Assembly (NCBI GenBank): GCA_000998135.1 | Contig: LCCV01000011.1 | Location: forward strand, 4,132-68,131 | Origin: Parcubacteria group bacterium GW2011_GWA2_42_14 | GTDB lineage: Bacteria; Patescibacteriota; Minisyncoccia; Sungbacterales; GWA2-42-14 | Reading direction: 5' to 3' | Length of the DNA: 64,000 bases | Shown: in pieces, positions 10,108 through 20,995 of the stretch | Numbering within the stretch: position 1 is the first letter of the stretch | Layout: each line of letters opens with the position of its first letter | Notes under the pieces: model-generated | Databases searched by the model: none | What the model was told of the DNA's origin: nothing | What the model saw: the letters and a program-made list of their open reading frames with translations, nothing else | Made by a program: the position numbers and the translations under genes

Positions 10108-10749
10108 ATGGAGAATGCAACCCAGTTCATAATCCAAATCGCCGTCCTTATTTTTTCTGTTGTGGTTCATGAAGTATCCCACGGATATGCCGCTTTGGCT
10201 TTGGGCGACAAGACCGCTAAATACGCGGGACGTCTTACTCTTAATCCGGTTAATCACTTTGACCCGTTTGGCTCTTTTTTACTGCCTCTGTTTACTTATT
10301 TTACAACCGGATTTATTTTTGGCTGGGCTAAGCCCGTGCCATATAATCCGTATAACCTTCGTAACCAAAAATGGGGTCCGGCTTTGGTGGGCGCGGCCGG
10401 CCCTCTTTCAAATATTTTTTTGGCGGTTTTTTTTGGCATTGTTTTGCGGATAATGATTTCATACTCCTTGGTCGGTTCCGCGCTTTTTGCTAATTTTTTT
10501 CAGATAGCCACATTCATTGTATTCCTTAATTTAGTTCTGGCGGTTTTTAATTTGGTTCCGATTCCTCCGCTTGACGGCTCCAAGGTCTTTTTCACGCTTT
10601 TGCCGTATCAATACCGGCACATTCAAGCATTTATGGAGCAATACGGTTTTATGTTGCTTTTGGCTTTCATTTTTTTCTTTTCTAATTTAATTTTTCCGGT
10701 GGTTTTGTTTTTGTTCAGGATTATTACCGGTGTTATGCCTGTTTTTTGA
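10108..10749 (+). CDS. Site-2 protease (M50)
   Basis: HEVSH, GRLTLNP, AGPLSN, NLVPIPPLDG. Confidence 0.9.
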   Translation: MENATQFIIQIAVLIFSVVVHEVSHGYAALALGDKTAKYAGRLTLNPVNHFDPFGSFLLPLFTYFTTGFIFGWAKPVPYNPYNLRNQKWGPALVGAAGPLSNIFLAVFFGIVLRIMISYSLVGSALFANFFQIATFIVFLNLVLAVFNLVPIPPLDGSKVFFTLLPYQYRHIQAFMEQYGFMLLLAFIFFFSNLIFPVVLFLFRIITGVMPVF

Positions 10750-10823
10750 AATCTTGCCATTTGGGAGTCATTGTTTTAAGGTAAAAACACCAAGCTCTTT
10801 AAAAATAATCGCGGATTTTGTCA

Positions 10824-12278
10824 ATGCAAAAACGCATTTTTGGTACGGAAAACGAATATTCTTTTGCTAAGAAGTTCGGAAAAGGAGGGGGCATAGAGTC
10901 GGAAAGCGCGAATATATTATTATTTCCGTTGTTTCAGAGTAGCGATTCGTATGAACTCTTTAAACGTTATCGGGTTATTACTAAATCTTCAAATCTTGCT
11001 GAGAAACGGTTTTGGCTCGGCTCTAACGGCGGACTATTTTATTTTGATTACGTTAATGAAAGTATGTTTCCCGAATATTCCACGCCGGAATGTGATTCGG
11101 TAAAACTTTGCGTCGCCCATGACAAGGCCGGAGAAATATTTGTTAATGATGTCAGGCGCGCTTCGGCAAAAGAGAATAAGCCTATTTTCGTTGATGATTT
11201 TATAATTTCTAAAAATACTACTATTTATTCCAAAGAGGAGGAGGGAGCGCAATGCGTCGGATGCCATGAAAATTATCTTGCCGATTTTAGATTTGATCCG
11301 GTTCGTATCAGTTTGAATATGTCTCTTCCTTATCCAGTATCTCAACTGTTTTGCAATTTTTTAACGCCATTTCTTATTTCCCGTGTTATTATCCATGGCG
11401 CCGGAGGTATAAGGTGGAGCAGGGAGTCGGGCTGGCATTATGTCATATCGCAAAGGGCTTTTGCCATTAAAAAGCTGACCGGTTCCGAAACATTACGTGA
11501 TAGGACATTAATACAATTTAAAGAGGAATGCGCGCCGCCGGAATATAAAAGAATGCATTTGATTTATTCCGATCCGAATATGTCTTCTTTTGCCGCTTTT
11601 CTTAAATTCGGGACTACGCATCTTGTTCTTCGCGCTTTTGAGGAAAATAACGATTTGCTGCCGCCGGTTAATGTTGGCAATCCCATACACAAAATGTATG
11701 ATTTTTCAAAGGATATCAGTTTAACCAGAAAAGTTGCGGATAGCAGGACCGGAAAGGAATATACCGCGATTCAAATTCAGCGCGAATATCTTAATTTGGT
11801 TTTAAAAAATATCAATGGTTTTTCCGAAGAAGAAAATAATACTTTGGAACTTTGGCAGTGGGTTTTGGATAAGCTTGAAGAGAATCCGGAAGAACTTTAC
11901 CGCCATCTTGACTGGGTTACTAAACTCCACTATTTGAAAGCGGCCGTTAAAGATATTTTTTCGCCCAAGGGCCGGTTGTTTGATTTTTTGTATTCGGATG
12001 TTAGCGAAAACGGAATTTATAACAAATTGCGTGAAGCCGGCCTGGTTGAAGAATTTGTAACCAGAGAAGAGATTGCCAGCGCCTTGGATAATCCGCCTCC
12101 GACCAGGGCATGTCTTCGTTCGCGTTATATCCGGACCATCCTGGATGAAAAACATTGTTCCTGGCACGTGGATTGGCACTTGGTGAACGAGAATCCGAAA
12201 TTTTATCTTAATGACCCGTTTTCAGAGCATAATGAAGAACTGGAAAAATTTCTTGAATCATTGCGAATAAAATCATGA
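10824..12278 (+). CDS. pafA: PafA/Dop family (Pup/UBact-type ligase) protein, PafA-like
   Basis: RIFGTENEY, NGG..Y.D, PEYSTPEC, GCHENYL, ISQRA, RMHLIYSDPNMS, LKFGTT, LDWVTK, PPPTRA. Confidence 0.8.
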   Translation: MQKRIFGTENEYSFAKKFGKGGGIESESANILLFPLFQSSDSYELFKRYRVITKSSNLAEKRFWLGSNGGLFYFDYVNESMFPEYSTPECDSVKLCVAHDKAGEIFVNDVRRASAKENKPIFVDDFIISKNTTIYSKEEEGAQCVGCHENYLADFRFDPVRISLNMSLPYPVSQLFCNFLTPFLISRVIIHGAGGIRWSRESGWHYVISQRAFAIKKLTGSETLRDRTLIQFKEECAPPEYKRMHLIYSDPNMSSFAAFLKFGTTHLVLRAFEENNDLLPPVNVGNPIHKMYDFSKDISLTRKVADSRTGKEYTAIQIQREYLNLVLKNINGFSEEENNTLELWQWVLDKLEENPEELYRHLDWVTKLHYLKAAVKDIFSPKGRLFDFLYSDVSENGIYNKLREAGLVEEFVTREEIASALDNPPPTRACLRSRYIRTILDEKHCSWHVDWHLVNENPKFYLNDPFSEHNEELEKFLESLRIKS

Positions 12279-12302
12279 CCCGCTTTTCCCGCGGGTTTTT
12301 TT
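12279..12302 (+). terminator. Intrinsic terminator
   Basis: CCCGC..GCGGG plus T7. Confidence 0.6.
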
Positions 12303-12321
12303 GTCCGCGGGAACCATAATT

Positions 12322-12484
12322 GGACTGTTGCCGAATGGCCCTTTTCCATTTCTGTCATTCTGACTCTGAGCAATGCGAAGGGGAAGAATCTCAATGTTTT
12401 CAATGTTTTCGAGTGGCTGAGTTCCTTCACGGAGTTTACACTGAGCGAAGCGAATGTGTTCAGGATGACATTCGGCAACAGTCC
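12322..12484. repeat. Composite palindromic element: 16-bp outer IR enclosing a GTCATTCTG...CAGGATGAC unit
   Basis: GGACTGTTGCCGAATG/CATTCGGCAACAGTCC; inner arms resemble the GIY-YIG flanks at 24721/25051. Confidence 0.7.
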
Positions 12485-12500
12485 CATAATGTAATCCGAT

Positions 12501-12529
12501 TTGACGTGTTTTGTTTACTATGCTAAATT
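12501..12529 (+). promoter_or_regulatory. Sigma70 promoter of the str operon
   Basis: TTGACG-17 nt-TAAATT with extended TG. Confidence 0.55.
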
Positions 12530-12564
12530 TGCTACGTTAGGTAATTTTTATTAATATCAATTTT

Positions 12565-12975
12565 ATGCCCACCATTAATCAGTTGGTAAAAAGAGGCAGA
12601 ACTCCCAAAAGAGCAAAGTCAAAAACGCCGGCGCTTGAGCGCGGTTTTAACGTAAAGAAAAACAGACCGGTACCATATTCGTCGCCTTTTAAAAGAGGTG
12701 TTTGTATAAAGGTGACTACGGTTACTCCGAAAAAGCCGAATTCCGCCTTGAGAAAAGTTGCCAGAGTTCGTCTTACCAACGGCATGGAGGTTACGGCCTA
12801 TATTCCCGGCGAAGGGCATAATTTGCAGGAACACTCGGTGGTGATAATCCGCGGCGGAAGAGTTAAAGATTTGCCCGGAGTTAGATATCATATTGTAAGA
12901 GGAATTTTGGATATGACCGGAGTTGAGGGAAGGAAGCAGCAGCGTTCAAAATATGGCGCGAAAACCCCCAAATAG
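12565..12975 (+). CDS. rpsL: 30S ribosomal protein S12
   Basis: [24 protein letters not shown]. Confidence 0.98.
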   Translation: MPTINQLVKRGRTPKRAKSKTPALERGFNVKKNRPVPYSSPFKRGVCIKVTTVTPKKPNSALRKVARVRLTNGMEVTAYIPGEGHNLQEHSVVIIRGGRVKDLPGVRYHIVRGILDMTGVEGRKQQRSKYGAKTPK

Positions 12976-13042
12976 CGACAAGCGACATGTAACATGTGAC
13001 ATGGAATTTGTGCCTTGTCTCATGTCACTTGTCTCATGTCTC
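12976..13042. repeat. Junction hairpin family A (GACAWG/CATGTC heptamers), rpsL-rpsG
   Basis: Tandem heptamer arms in inverted orientation. Confidence 0.8.
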
Positions 13043-13048
13043 TCGGAG

Positions 13049-13516
13049 ATGAGACGAAAAAGAAAAGTAAAAAGAATAATTGCGCCAGACCTGAAGTATG
13101 GTAACCAGCTTGTGGCCAAGTTTATTAATTATGTAATGAGAAAGGGGAAAAAGAGTGCGGCCCAAAGGGTTGTTTATAAAACTTTTGATACTATGCAGCA
13201 AAAATATCAGGTGGAGCCGCTGGCCACTTTTGATTTGGCCATAAAGAACGCGTCCCCGGCCTTGGAGGTAAAAGCAAAAAGAATTGGAGGAGCGACTTAT
13301 CAGGTGCCGCGGGCAGTTCGGGGTGAGCGAAAAATGCAGTTGGCTTTTACCTGGATTTTGAACGCGGCCAGAGCAAAAAAAGGAAGGCCGATGCATGAAA
13401 AATTAGCCGAAGAATTAATGGCCGCCTCCAAAAACGAGGGGATAGCAGTTAAGAAAAAGATGGACACCCTTCGCATGGCTGAAGCAAATAAGGCGTTTGC
13501 TCATTTTGCGTGGTAA
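13049..13516 (+). CDS. rpsG: 30S ribosomal protein S7
   Basis: GKKS.A, RIGGATYQVP, MAEANKAFAH; ATG at 13049. Confidence 0.97.
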   Translation: MRRKRKVKRIIAPDLKYGNQLVAKFINYVMRKGKKSAAQRVVYKTFDTMQQKYQVEPLATFDLAIKNASPALEVKAKRIGGATYQVPRAVRGERKMQLAFTWILNAARAKKGRPMHEKLAEELMAASKNEGIAVKKKMDTLRMAEANKAFAHFAW

Positions 13517-13530
13517 TCACTTTATTTTTT

Positions 13531-13965
13531 ATGAAAGAGGTATTTCACAAAAATTTTCATATTTTGGAAAGAGTTGAGCCGGGTGAGGGGAAGAGGAAGC
13601 GAATGTTTATAATGGCGACATGGAGGCCCAAACAGGATATTTGGCTCATTGGCACGGCCATCGGGCTTTTGTGCTGTAAGTCGGATAATTATGAAATTTA
13701 TCTTGCGGTTTCGAAAAATCCATCGCTTGAGCCAAGAAAATTTTTAGTCGGGCTCAAAAAAGATTGGTTATTTTATCAGCAACGTGATGTCTATACATAT
13801 TCTTCCGGCATTAACGATTTAGTAAGTTATCATTTTTTACCGGAGGGATATGGTTTTTTAATCAAAAAAGGAGAGCCGGTTTATATCAAAGTCGGCGCGG
13901 TGAATTTAACCATCAATCCGTTGGAATACGATGCATTTTGCAATCTTTATTATACTTTGGCGTAA
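13531..13965 (+). CDS. Hypothetical protein
   Basis: ORF inserted between rpsG and fusA. Confidence 0.55.
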   Translation: MKEVFHKNFHILERVEPGEGKRKRMFIMATWRPKQDIWLIGTAIGLLCCKSDNYEIYLAVSKNPSLEPRKFLVGLKKDWLFYQQRDVYTYSSGINDLVSYHFLPEGYGFLIKKGEPVYIKVGAVNLTINPLEYDAFCNLYYTLA

Positions 13966-13974
13966 TTTTAATTT

Positions 13975-14196
13975 ATGGAAATAGGAAAAGAAAAATTTGA
14001 ACCCGAGAAACGGCTGTATAAAATTCCTGAAGAAATTCGGAAAGAGCTGGAAAGCATCCGCGAGGATAAATTTTGGACAGTTGAAAATCTTGAACGGCAG
14101 TTTGAAGATGACATTGCTTTTGGCGCAAAAATGTGGACTGGTTTTGATGCAATTCTGGAAAGGAAGAATTTGAGAAAAGAAAATGGAAGAATTTGA
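13975..14196 (+). CDS. Small hypothetical protein
   Basis: 73-aa ORF. Confidence 0.4.
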   Translation: MEIGKEKFEPEKRLYKIPEEIRKELESIREDKFWTVENLERQFEDDIAFGAKMWTGFDAILERKNLRKENGRI

Positions 14197-14277
14197 AAGA
14201 GGGTTGCAACAGCCGCCACAAGAAAAAATTGAATAATAATTTTTGATTTTTTGCGTCTTTAGTCGTATAATACAATT

Positions 14278-14502
14278 ATGCCGACCATTACCATAGAAAT
14301 TCCTAAAAAAGTTTTAGAAAACGGAACAGGACGTCGGCTTTTGGTTGTTGACCCAAAGCAATTTGAAAAAGATTTACGCAGGCAATGGGAGGAGGGGGAA
14401 GATGTTGAGGATACGAAACGTCTATTGAGTGTTGCGCAAGATAAAAAAAATCAAAAACGAATTCCGTATGCTAAAGTAAAAAAACAGTTTAATCTGCCAT
14501 GA
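14278..14502 (+). CDS. Putative antitoxin
   Basis: Small ORF overlapping the downstream RelE-like gene (ATGA). Confidence 0.55.
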   Translation: MPTITIEIPKKVLENGTGRRLLVVDPKQFEKDLRRQWEEGEDVEDTKRLLSVAQDKKNQKRIPYAKVKKQFNLP

Positions 14503-14762
14503 CCCGGATTTTCTTCAGACCAAAAGCGCTTGCGGGACTTGGTGTAGCGCCGCGGAAATATCAATTAATCATTAACGAAGCAATACGAATTTTAGAACAA
14601 GGCTTATTTCCTCCTCATACCAAGAAGTTGGAAGATTCGATGGATGGTTACCGCACCCGCGTAGGCCGGTGGCGGATTTTATTTACTCTCAAGAGCGGTG
14701 AAATTGAAGTTGTGGATATTTTTCTTAAAAAAGGCAAAAGCGATTATAAACGCAGATATTAA
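14499..14762 (+). CDS. RelE/ParE family toxin
   Basis: KKL...YRTRVGRWRILF. Confidence 0.8.
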   Translation: MTRIFFRPKALAGLGVAPRKYQLIINEAIRILEQGLFPPHTKKLEDSMDGYRTRVGRWRILFTLKSGEIEVVDIFLKKGKSDYKRRY

Positions 14763-14827
14763 CCTTAGCCATTTTAGCTATTTGAGATAAATTCGAGTTA
14801 GTTCGAAGATGATTCGAGAAAAATAAT

Positions 14828-16939
14828 ATGAGAGACTACCCAATTGAACGAACTCGCGATATCGGAATTATCGCGCATATAGACGCCGGGAAAACCACCG
14901 TTACCGAACGGGTGCTTTTTTATACCGGCGTGGCTCATAAAATCGGCGAGGTTCATGAGGGCACTACGGTTATGGACTGGATGGAGCAGGAAAGAGAACG
15001 GGGCATTACCATCACTTCGGCCGCGACCAATTGCTTTTGGAAACCAACTTATTTACCTGAAGAAAAGAAAACTAAAGATAATGAATATCGGATAAATATT
15101 ATTGATACTCCCGGACACGTTGATTTTACTGTTGAAGTGGAAAGGTCATTGAGGGTTCTTGACGGCGGTGTTGTTGTTTTTGACGGGGTGGCCGGAGTTG
15201 AGCCGCAATCGGAAACTGTATGGAGGCAAGCGGATAAATACAAAGTCCCGAGAATTTGTTTTATTAATAAACTTGATAGAATGGGCGCTTCTTGGGAAAA
15301 ATCTTTACGCTCAATTTGGGAAAGATTGACTCCTAATGCCGTTGCCATGCAAATAAACATTGGTCTTGAAGAAAATTTTGAAGGAGTGATTGATTTGATG
15401 CGCATGAAAAAAATTGACTTTGAAGGAGAAAAAGGGGAAAAAATAGCGGAATCGGAAATTCCGGCAAATTTAAAAGAAGAAGCCCAAAATTGGCGCCATA
15501 AAATGATTGAAAAAATCGCGGAAACCGATGATATACTTACCGAAAAATATCTTGAAGGAAAAGAAATTGGGATGGACGAGTTAAAGTCCGCGCTTCGCCG
15601 GGCAACCATTGATTATAAGTTGGTGCCTGTTTTTTGCGGTTCGGCCCTTAAAAATAAAGGGGTTCAGCTGGTTTTGGACGGTGTGGTGGATTATTTGCCG
15701 TCTCCTAATGAAATGCCTCCGGTCAAGGGCATAAATCCCAAAACCGATGTTGAAGAAATTCGGGAAGCGAAAGACGACGCGCCTTTCGCGGCTTTGGCTT
15801 TTAAATTGCAAACCGACCCGTTTGTGGGACAACTTACTTATTTCAGGGTTTATTCCGGAGTATTAAATGCCGGCTCTTATGTGTTGAATTCAACAACCAA
15901 AGACCAGGAAAGAATCGGGAGAATTTTAAGAATGCATGCTAATCACCGCGAAGAATTAAAAGAAATTCAAGCCGGAAATATTGGAGCGATTGTGGGATTG
16001 AAAGCAACCAGAACCGGAGATACGTTATGCGATCCGGATTATCCGATTGTTTTGGAAAAAATAGTTTTTCCGGAGCCGGTGGTATCATTAAGGATTGAAC
16101 CGAAAACCAAGGCAGACCAGGAAAAAATGGGATTGGCGCTTAAGCGCCTTTCCGATGAAGACCCGACATTCAGAATCAAGGGAGATATTGAAACCGGAGA
16201 CACTATTATTTCCGGCATGGGCGAATTGCATTTGGAAATTCTTGTTGATAGGATGAAGCGCGAATTTTCCGTGGAGGCCAATGTGGGCAGACCGCAGGTG
16301 GCTTATAAAGAAACTATTAAAAAATTGGCAGAGGCCGAAGGAAAATATATTCGCCAGTCAGGAGGTCGCGGGCAATATGGACACGTTTGGCTTAAGGTGG
16401 AACCGCAAGAACGCGCCAAGGGTTTTGAATTTGTTGATGAAATCAGAGGCGGAATTATTCCGCAGGAATTTATTCCGGCTGTGGAAAAAGGAATCAGGGA
16501 GGCCATGGATAAGGGAGTGCTTGCCGGCTACCCTATGGTTGATATGAAAGTAACGCTTTATGACGGTTCTTATCACGATGTTGATTCATCCGAGGCGGCT
16601 TTTAAAATCGCGGGTTCGGTTGCTTTACAGGAGGCAGCTCGGCGTGCTATTTTGGTATTATTAGAACCGATTATGAGGGTTGAGGTGGTAACGCCGGAGC
16701 AGTTTTTGGGAGAGGTTACCGGGGACTTGAATTCCAAAAGGGGCAGGATTGAAGAAATGAGCGATAGGGGACTGGGAATCAAGACAATTAAAGCAAAAGT
16801 TCCCCTTGCAGAAATGTTCGGATATGCCACGATTATAAGGTCTTTGACGCAGGGTCGCGCCTCTTATACGATGGAATTTGACCACTACGAGGAAGTGCCT
16901 AATAATATTGCCATGCAGATTGTAGAAGGCAAGAAATAA
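14828..16939 (+). CDS. fusA: Elongation factor G
   Basis: [39 protein letters not shown]. Confidence 0.98.
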   Translation: MRDYPIERTRDIGIIAHIDAGKTTVTERVLFYTGVAHKIGEVHEGTTVMDWMEQERERGITITSAATNCFWKPTYLPEEKKTKDNEYRINIIDTPGHVDFTVEVERSLRVLDGGVVVFDGVAGVEPQSETVWRQADKYKVPRICFINKLDRMGASWEKSLRSIWERLTPNAVAMQINIGLEENFEGVIDLMRMKKIDFEGEKGEKIAESEIPANLKEEAQNWRHKMIEKIAETDDILTEKYLEGKEIGMDELKSALRRATIDYKLVPVFCGSALKNKGVQLVLDGVVDYLPSPNEMPPVKGINPKTDVEEIREAKDDAPFAALAFKLQTDPFVGQLTYFRVYSGVLNAGSYVLNSTTKDQERIGRILRMHANHREELKEIQAGNIGAIVGLKATRTGDTLCDPDYPIVLEKIVFPEPVVSLRIEPKTKADQEKMGLALKRLSDEDPTFRIKGDIETGDTIISGMGELHLEILVDRMKREFSVEANVGRPQVAYKETIKKLAEAEGKYIRQSGGRGQYGHVWLKVEPQERAKGFEFVDEIRGGIIPQEFIPAVEKGIREAMDKGVLAGYPMVDMKVTLYDGSYHDVDSSEAAFKIAGSVALQEAARRAILVLLEPIMRVEVVTPEQFLGEVTGDLNSKRGRIEEMSDRGLGIKTIKAKVPLAEMFGYATIIRSLTQGRASYTMEFDHYEEVPNNIAMQIVEGKK

Positions 16940-17125
16940 CGCTCGCCCGCCATAATTTTCTTCACCAAGAGGGTGACCCTTGAACTCCCCTAATATTTGT
17001 CGATTCCGACATTTTTGACTCCCTCTTGAGTTCAGAAAATTACGGCAGGTTCGCTTTTCCAAGAATTTTAATAAACAAAAAAGCGGCACAATTTGAGATG
17101 AGTTCGAAAAGGCCGATAGCAACAG

Positions 17126-17473
17126 TCAGTTGCACTGGATAGTTATTTCGGATTTGTCGGGGATAAATGTTTCATCTCCGAAAATAGGATTACGGTAGAC
17201 TTTCATTAGAATCTTTACACAATCTCCGACTTTCGCGGTCGAGATGAACGAGTTAGCCGATTTGTAACGAACCGTGAATGTTACATTTTTCACCTGTATT
17301 ATTTTGCCAACTTCGATTATATCGCCGGGTAGCATACTTCCGTCATCTTGCGGAGTTTGGGTTTCCTCTTGTGCAATACCAACTACTTTACCGATTTCCA
17401 TTCGTTCGTAATTAGTAGTGCATCCCATAGCGCCAAGTAGTGAAAGAACAATAATCAGGCCGCCGATTTTCAT
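17126..17473 (-). CDS. Putative lipoprotein
   Basis: MK + hydrophobic stretch + AMGC lipobox-like motif. Confidence 0.55.
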   Translation of the reverse strand: MKIGGLIIVLSLLGAMGCTTNYERMEIGKVVGIAQEETQTPQDDGSMLPGDIIEVGKIIQVKNVTFTVRYKSANSFISTAKVGDCVKILMKVYRNPIFGDETFIPDKSEITIQCN

Positions 17474-17635
17474 TGTTATTTCTCCGTGTTTTTGTTTTTT
17501 GGCAGCATTTTAATATGTAGCATACCCCCAAAATCTTGTCAAGTGGTTTGGAAAATGGTATATTTGAAATATGTTTTTCACAAAGTGATAATTTTAAGAG
17601 GGCGACTAGAAATATAAAAGAAGCGATCGAACTTT

Positions 17636-17872
17636 ATGGCTGAAGATTTACCAATAATTTTCTCTCGGCATGCGTTGTTAAAACTTGAGCATAGAAATTT
17701 AACGAAAGAAATGGTGGTTGCAGTCATAACTAAGCCGTCATATCTTATTCTTGCTGGTGACAAGTTTCATGCTTATAGAAGATTGGGAAAGTTATATCTC
17801 AAAGTCATATTTGTAAGAACAACAAACGTTATTATTGTCCTTACGCAACACTTTGTTAAAAAAGTACCATGA
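17636..17872 (+). CDS. DUF4258-like putative toxin
   Basis: IIFSRHA..K...R, LKVIF...IIVLT; paired with a DUF2283-like gene. Confidence 0.65.
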   Translation: MAEDLPIIFSRHALLKLEHRNLTKEMVVAVITKPSYLILAGDKFHAYRRLGKLYLKVIFVRTTNVIIVLTQHFVKKVP

Positions 17873-18111
17873 TTTATACATATGACCCGATGGCTGATGC
17901 CATCAATATAACATTTAAAAAGGGCAAGGTTGCGGAAACGAAAGAAATTGCCGATGGGGTGCTGCTTGATATTGATAAAAACGGAAGCCCGCTTTATTTA
18001 GAAATTCTTTTCGCGCGCAAACGTTTTGGAAAAGAGAAAGTCGGCAATTTGTCGTTAAAACCGTTTTTATATTCTTCAGCAAAAGTTAGAAACGGCATTG
18101 CGGTAAAATGA
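17869..18111 (+). CDS. DUF2283-like putative antitoxin
   Basis: YDPMADAINI...LLDID..G....LEIL. Confidence 0.7.
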   Translation: MIYTYDPMADAINITFKKGKVAETKEIADGVLLDIDKNGSPLYLEILFARKRFGKEKVGNLSLKPFLYSSAKVRNGIAVK

Positions 18112-18214
18112 GAAATTAAGCGCCAAGAAGTCGGCTTTCCCGAAGAAGGCGAGGAAGAAGATGATATTTAAATATTCGTAATTCGTCAAAATTCGTAATT
18201 AGTAGGATAATAAT

Positions 18215-18487
18215 ATGTTTAACGGATTTAAAATAAACAAAGGCGAAAAATTCATAATGGTGGAAAACGGCAAGCCCACTTATGTGGTGATGAGTTATGA
18301 TGATTATGAAAATATGCTGGCACGGCGCCCGTCTGAAAGCTCCGCTCACCATGGACGGCCTGAAGTTGGTTTGGCAAACGACAGAGTTGGACGGGCAGAA
18401 GAAGAATTCAGCGCCCGCCTGGTTATGGATACGCCGAATGTGCCGGAGGATATTAGCAAGATAAGATTAGAAGATCTTCCGCTCTGA
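18215..18487 (+). CDS. Phd/YefM-like small protein
   Basis: IMVENGKPTYVVMSYDDYE. Confidence 0.55.
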   Translation: MFNGFKINKGEKFIMVENGKPTYVVMSYDDYENMLARRPSESSAHHGRPEVGLANDRVGRAEEEFSARLVMDTPNVPEDISKIRLEDLPL

Positions 18488-18608
18488 TAGTTACAACGAG
18501 TTTCTGTTAATTTCCATGAGTTTCCACGAGTTTCTGAAATTTGTAGAAACTTGTTTCCCGCTTCGCTTGGAACGAAATTCATTGAAATTTGTTGTTTTTT
18601 GGTTGCTA

Positions 18609-18637
18609 TTGACATGATAATTATATTTCGCTACTAT
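18609..18637 (+). promoter_or_regulatory. Sigma70 promoter upstream of tuf
   Basis: TTGACA-17 nt-TACTAT. Confidence 0.7.
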
Positions 18638-18726
18638 TAACTTTGGTTGTCCAAATTATCATTTATTAGCATATTTAATAGCATTTTTTAATCATTTATA
18701 TATAATTATGACTCCGCAATGGTTTA

Positions 18727-18825
18727 CCCCGTTAGAAGTCTGGCCCGTTTTTACGGGAAAAAGGGTTGAGATAACAGCCTTGATAAAACGGGGAAAGTCT
18801 CGAAGAAGGAAAACTTCTAACGGGG
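18727..18825. mobile_element. CCCCGTTAGAAG MITE-like element in the tuf leader
   Basis: CCCCGTTAGAAGT...ACTTCTAACGGGG. Confidence 0.7.
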
Positions 18826-18850
18826 CGAGATCGGCGGGGAAAATAAAAAT

Positions 18851-20044
18851 ATGGCAGAGAAATTTGAGCGCACAAAACCCCACTTAAATGTTGGGACAAT
18901 AGGCCATGTTGACCATGGTAAAACCACTTTAACGGCGGCAATCACAAAGATTTTATCTTTGAAGGGATATAAGGCCCGTGTGGAATCGGTAGAGCAGATT
19001 GATAATGCGCCGGAAGAAAAGGCGCGAGGTATTACTATTGCTCTTCACCATTCCGAATATGAAACCGAAAAAAGGCACTATGCGCATATTGATGCTCCGG
19101 GACATGCCGATTATATCAAGAATATGATTACCGGTGCCGCGCAGATGGATGGCGCGATTTTGGTTGTTTCTGCCGTTGATGGTCCTATGCCTCAAACAAG
19201 AGAGCATATTTTGCTTGCGCGCCAAGTGGGGGTGCCGTCCATAATTGTATTTTTAAACAAGGTTGACGCGGTTGAAGATAAGGAATTGGTTGATTTGGTT
19301 GAGGTCGAAGTTCGCGAGCTTTTGAAAAAATATGAATTTCCCGGAGACAAAACTCCTATTATCCGGGGTTCAGCCTTAAAAGCGCTGGAAGCAACTTCGG
19401 CCGACGATGAAGCCGCCAAACCAATTTTGGAATTGGCCAATGCTCTTGATGAATATATTCCCGAGCCGGTCCGCGAGATTGATAAACCATTTTTGACGCC
19501 CGTAGAAGATGTTTTTTCTATAGAAGGCCGTGGAACTGTAGTTACCGGAAGAGTAGAAAGGGGAAAAGTAAAGGTTAATGATGAAGTTGAAGTTATAGGA
19601 TTAAAACCGACTCAAAAAACAATTGTTACCGGAATTGAAATGTTTAATAAATCGCTGGACGAAGGAATGGCCGGAGATAACGCGGGAATTTTGTTAAGAG
19701 GCCTTAAAAAAGAAGATGTGGAAAGGGGGCAGGTTATTGCTAAGCCAGGCTCCGTTACTCCTCATACCGAATTTGAAGTTGAAGCTTATATTCTGACCAA
19801 AGAGGAAGGGGGCAGGCACACGCCGTTTTTCACCGGGTATAAGCCGCAATTTTATTTGAGAACAACTGATGTTACCGGGGAGATGACCCTTCCGCAGGGA
19901 ATTGAGATGGTTATGCCTGGAGATACTGTTAAGGGTAGCGTTAAATTAATCGCGCCGGTTGCTCTTGAAGAAAAACAGAGATTTGCCATTAGAGAAGGGG
20001 GAAAAACGGTAGGGGCGGGAGTAGTTACGAAGATACTTAAATAA
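18851..20044 (+). CDS. tuf: Elongation factor Tu
   Basis: [32 protein letters not shown]. Confidence 0.98.
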   Translation: MAEKFERTKPHLNVGTIGHVDHGKTTLTAAITKILSLKGYKARVESVEQIDNAPEEKARGITIALHHSEYETEKRHYAHIDAPGHADYIKNMITGAAQMDGAILVVSAVDGPMPQTREHILLARQVGVPSIIVFLNKVDAVEDKELVDLVEVEVRELLKKYEFPGDKTPIIRGSALKALEATSADDEAAKPILELANALDEYIPEPVREIDKPFLTPVEDVFSIEGRGTVVTGRVERGKVKVNDEVEVIGLKPTQKTIVTGIEMFNKSLDEGMAGDNAGILLRGLKKEDVERGQVIAKPGSVTPHTEFEVEAYILTKEEGGRHTPFFTGYKPQFYLRTTDVTGEMTLPQGIEMVMPGDTVKGSVKLIAPVALEEKQRFAIREGGKTVGAGVVTKILK

Positions 20045-20129
20045 CCAACAACCCACAACCAACAACTAACAACACGTTGGGCGCAAAGTTGTTGTAGGTT
20101 GTAAGTGGTTAGTTGTAAGTTACGCAGGA
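20045..20129. repeat. Junction hairpin family B (CAACYHA / TTGTRRG heptamers), tuf-rpsJ
   Basis: Homologous to 34238 and 59858. Confidence 0.8.
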
Positions 20130-20465
20130 TTGGCAACGGCGATAAAAACAACTGAAGAAATTAAACAGCGCATCCGGATAAAGGTGCGCGCTTATGATAA
20201 TAAAATCATAGATTCTTCGGTTAAGCAGATTGTGGATACGGCGCGTCGCCAGGGCGCCGATATTATTGGTCCAGTTCCGCTTCCGACCGAAACTCATAAA
20301 TACACGGTAAACCGTTCTTCTTTTGTCCATAAAAACGCCAGGGAACAGTATGAAATGAGAGTGCATAAGCGCCTGATTGATATCATAAACCCGAACCCCA
20401 AAACAATTGATGCTTTGATGAACTTAAATTTACCCGCCGGAGTTGATATTGAGATAAAAATGTGA
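20130..20465 (+). CDS. rpsJ: 30S ribosomal protein S10 (TTG start)
   Basis: [30 protein letters not shown]. Confidence 0.97.
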   Translation: MATAIKTTEEIKQRIRIKVRAYDNKIIDSSVKQIVDTARRQGADIIGPVPLPTETHKYTVNRSSFVHKNAREQYEMRVHKRLIDIINPNPKTIDALMNLNLPAGVDIEIKM

Positions 20466-20520
20466 AGTTTGGCCTGTAATTTCAAGCCGCAAGGCGCAGA
20501 AATTATAGATGCCAAACGAT

Positions 20521-20627
20521 ATCCCTTCCCAGTTTTACTGATTAGTTGTTAGAAAGGAAAATTTTTTTTTGAAACAAGAGAGAAGTTTGACCGAAAAAAC
20601 AATTCGTCCGTAAAACTGGGGAGGGAT
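20521..20627. repeat. Hairpin element ATCCCTTCCCAGTTTTAC...GTAAAACTGGGGAGGGAT
   Basis: About 18-bp terminal IR; related arms occur inside rnpB (56816-56919). Confidence 0.65.
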
Positions 20628-20785
20628 GAAGTGTTTTATCCAAAATTAACAACCCAATTGTCATTCTGCCGCCATGTGCGAGCATCGCCTTCGGCGGGAG
20701 CAAAGCGAAGAATCTAAAAATGCGGAAATAAATTCTTGAAAGTCGTACTTAAATATGTAAAGATAAAGTGGAGAAAGCAGAGTTT

Positions 20786-20995
20786 ATGAATACCCTAACT
20801 ATTCCTCGAAAATTAGTACAAAATGACGATTTGGTGGTTGTGCCTCGCAGAGAATACGAGAGATTATTTCGATTTTGGGCCGCGGCTGAACTACTCACTG
20901 CAAGCCAGAAGAAAGCGATAAATAAGGGTGTCCGAGAAATAGCGCGGGGAAAATTTTTTACTTCAAAACAAGTAAAACATGAATTGGGACTATAG
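20786..20995 (+). CDS. Putative antitoxin
   Basis: DLVVVPRREYE; overlaps the downstream toxin. Confidence 0.6.
   Translation: MNTLTIPRKLVQNDDLVVVPRREYERLFRFWAAAELLTASQKKAINKGVREIARGKFFTSKQVKHELGL

Noticed and set aside
20463-20465. Alternative genetic code (TGA=Gly, code 25)
   Set aside because: TGA ends conserved genes at the expected positions (rpsJ, ruvX, tpiA), and conserved genes have no internal TGA.
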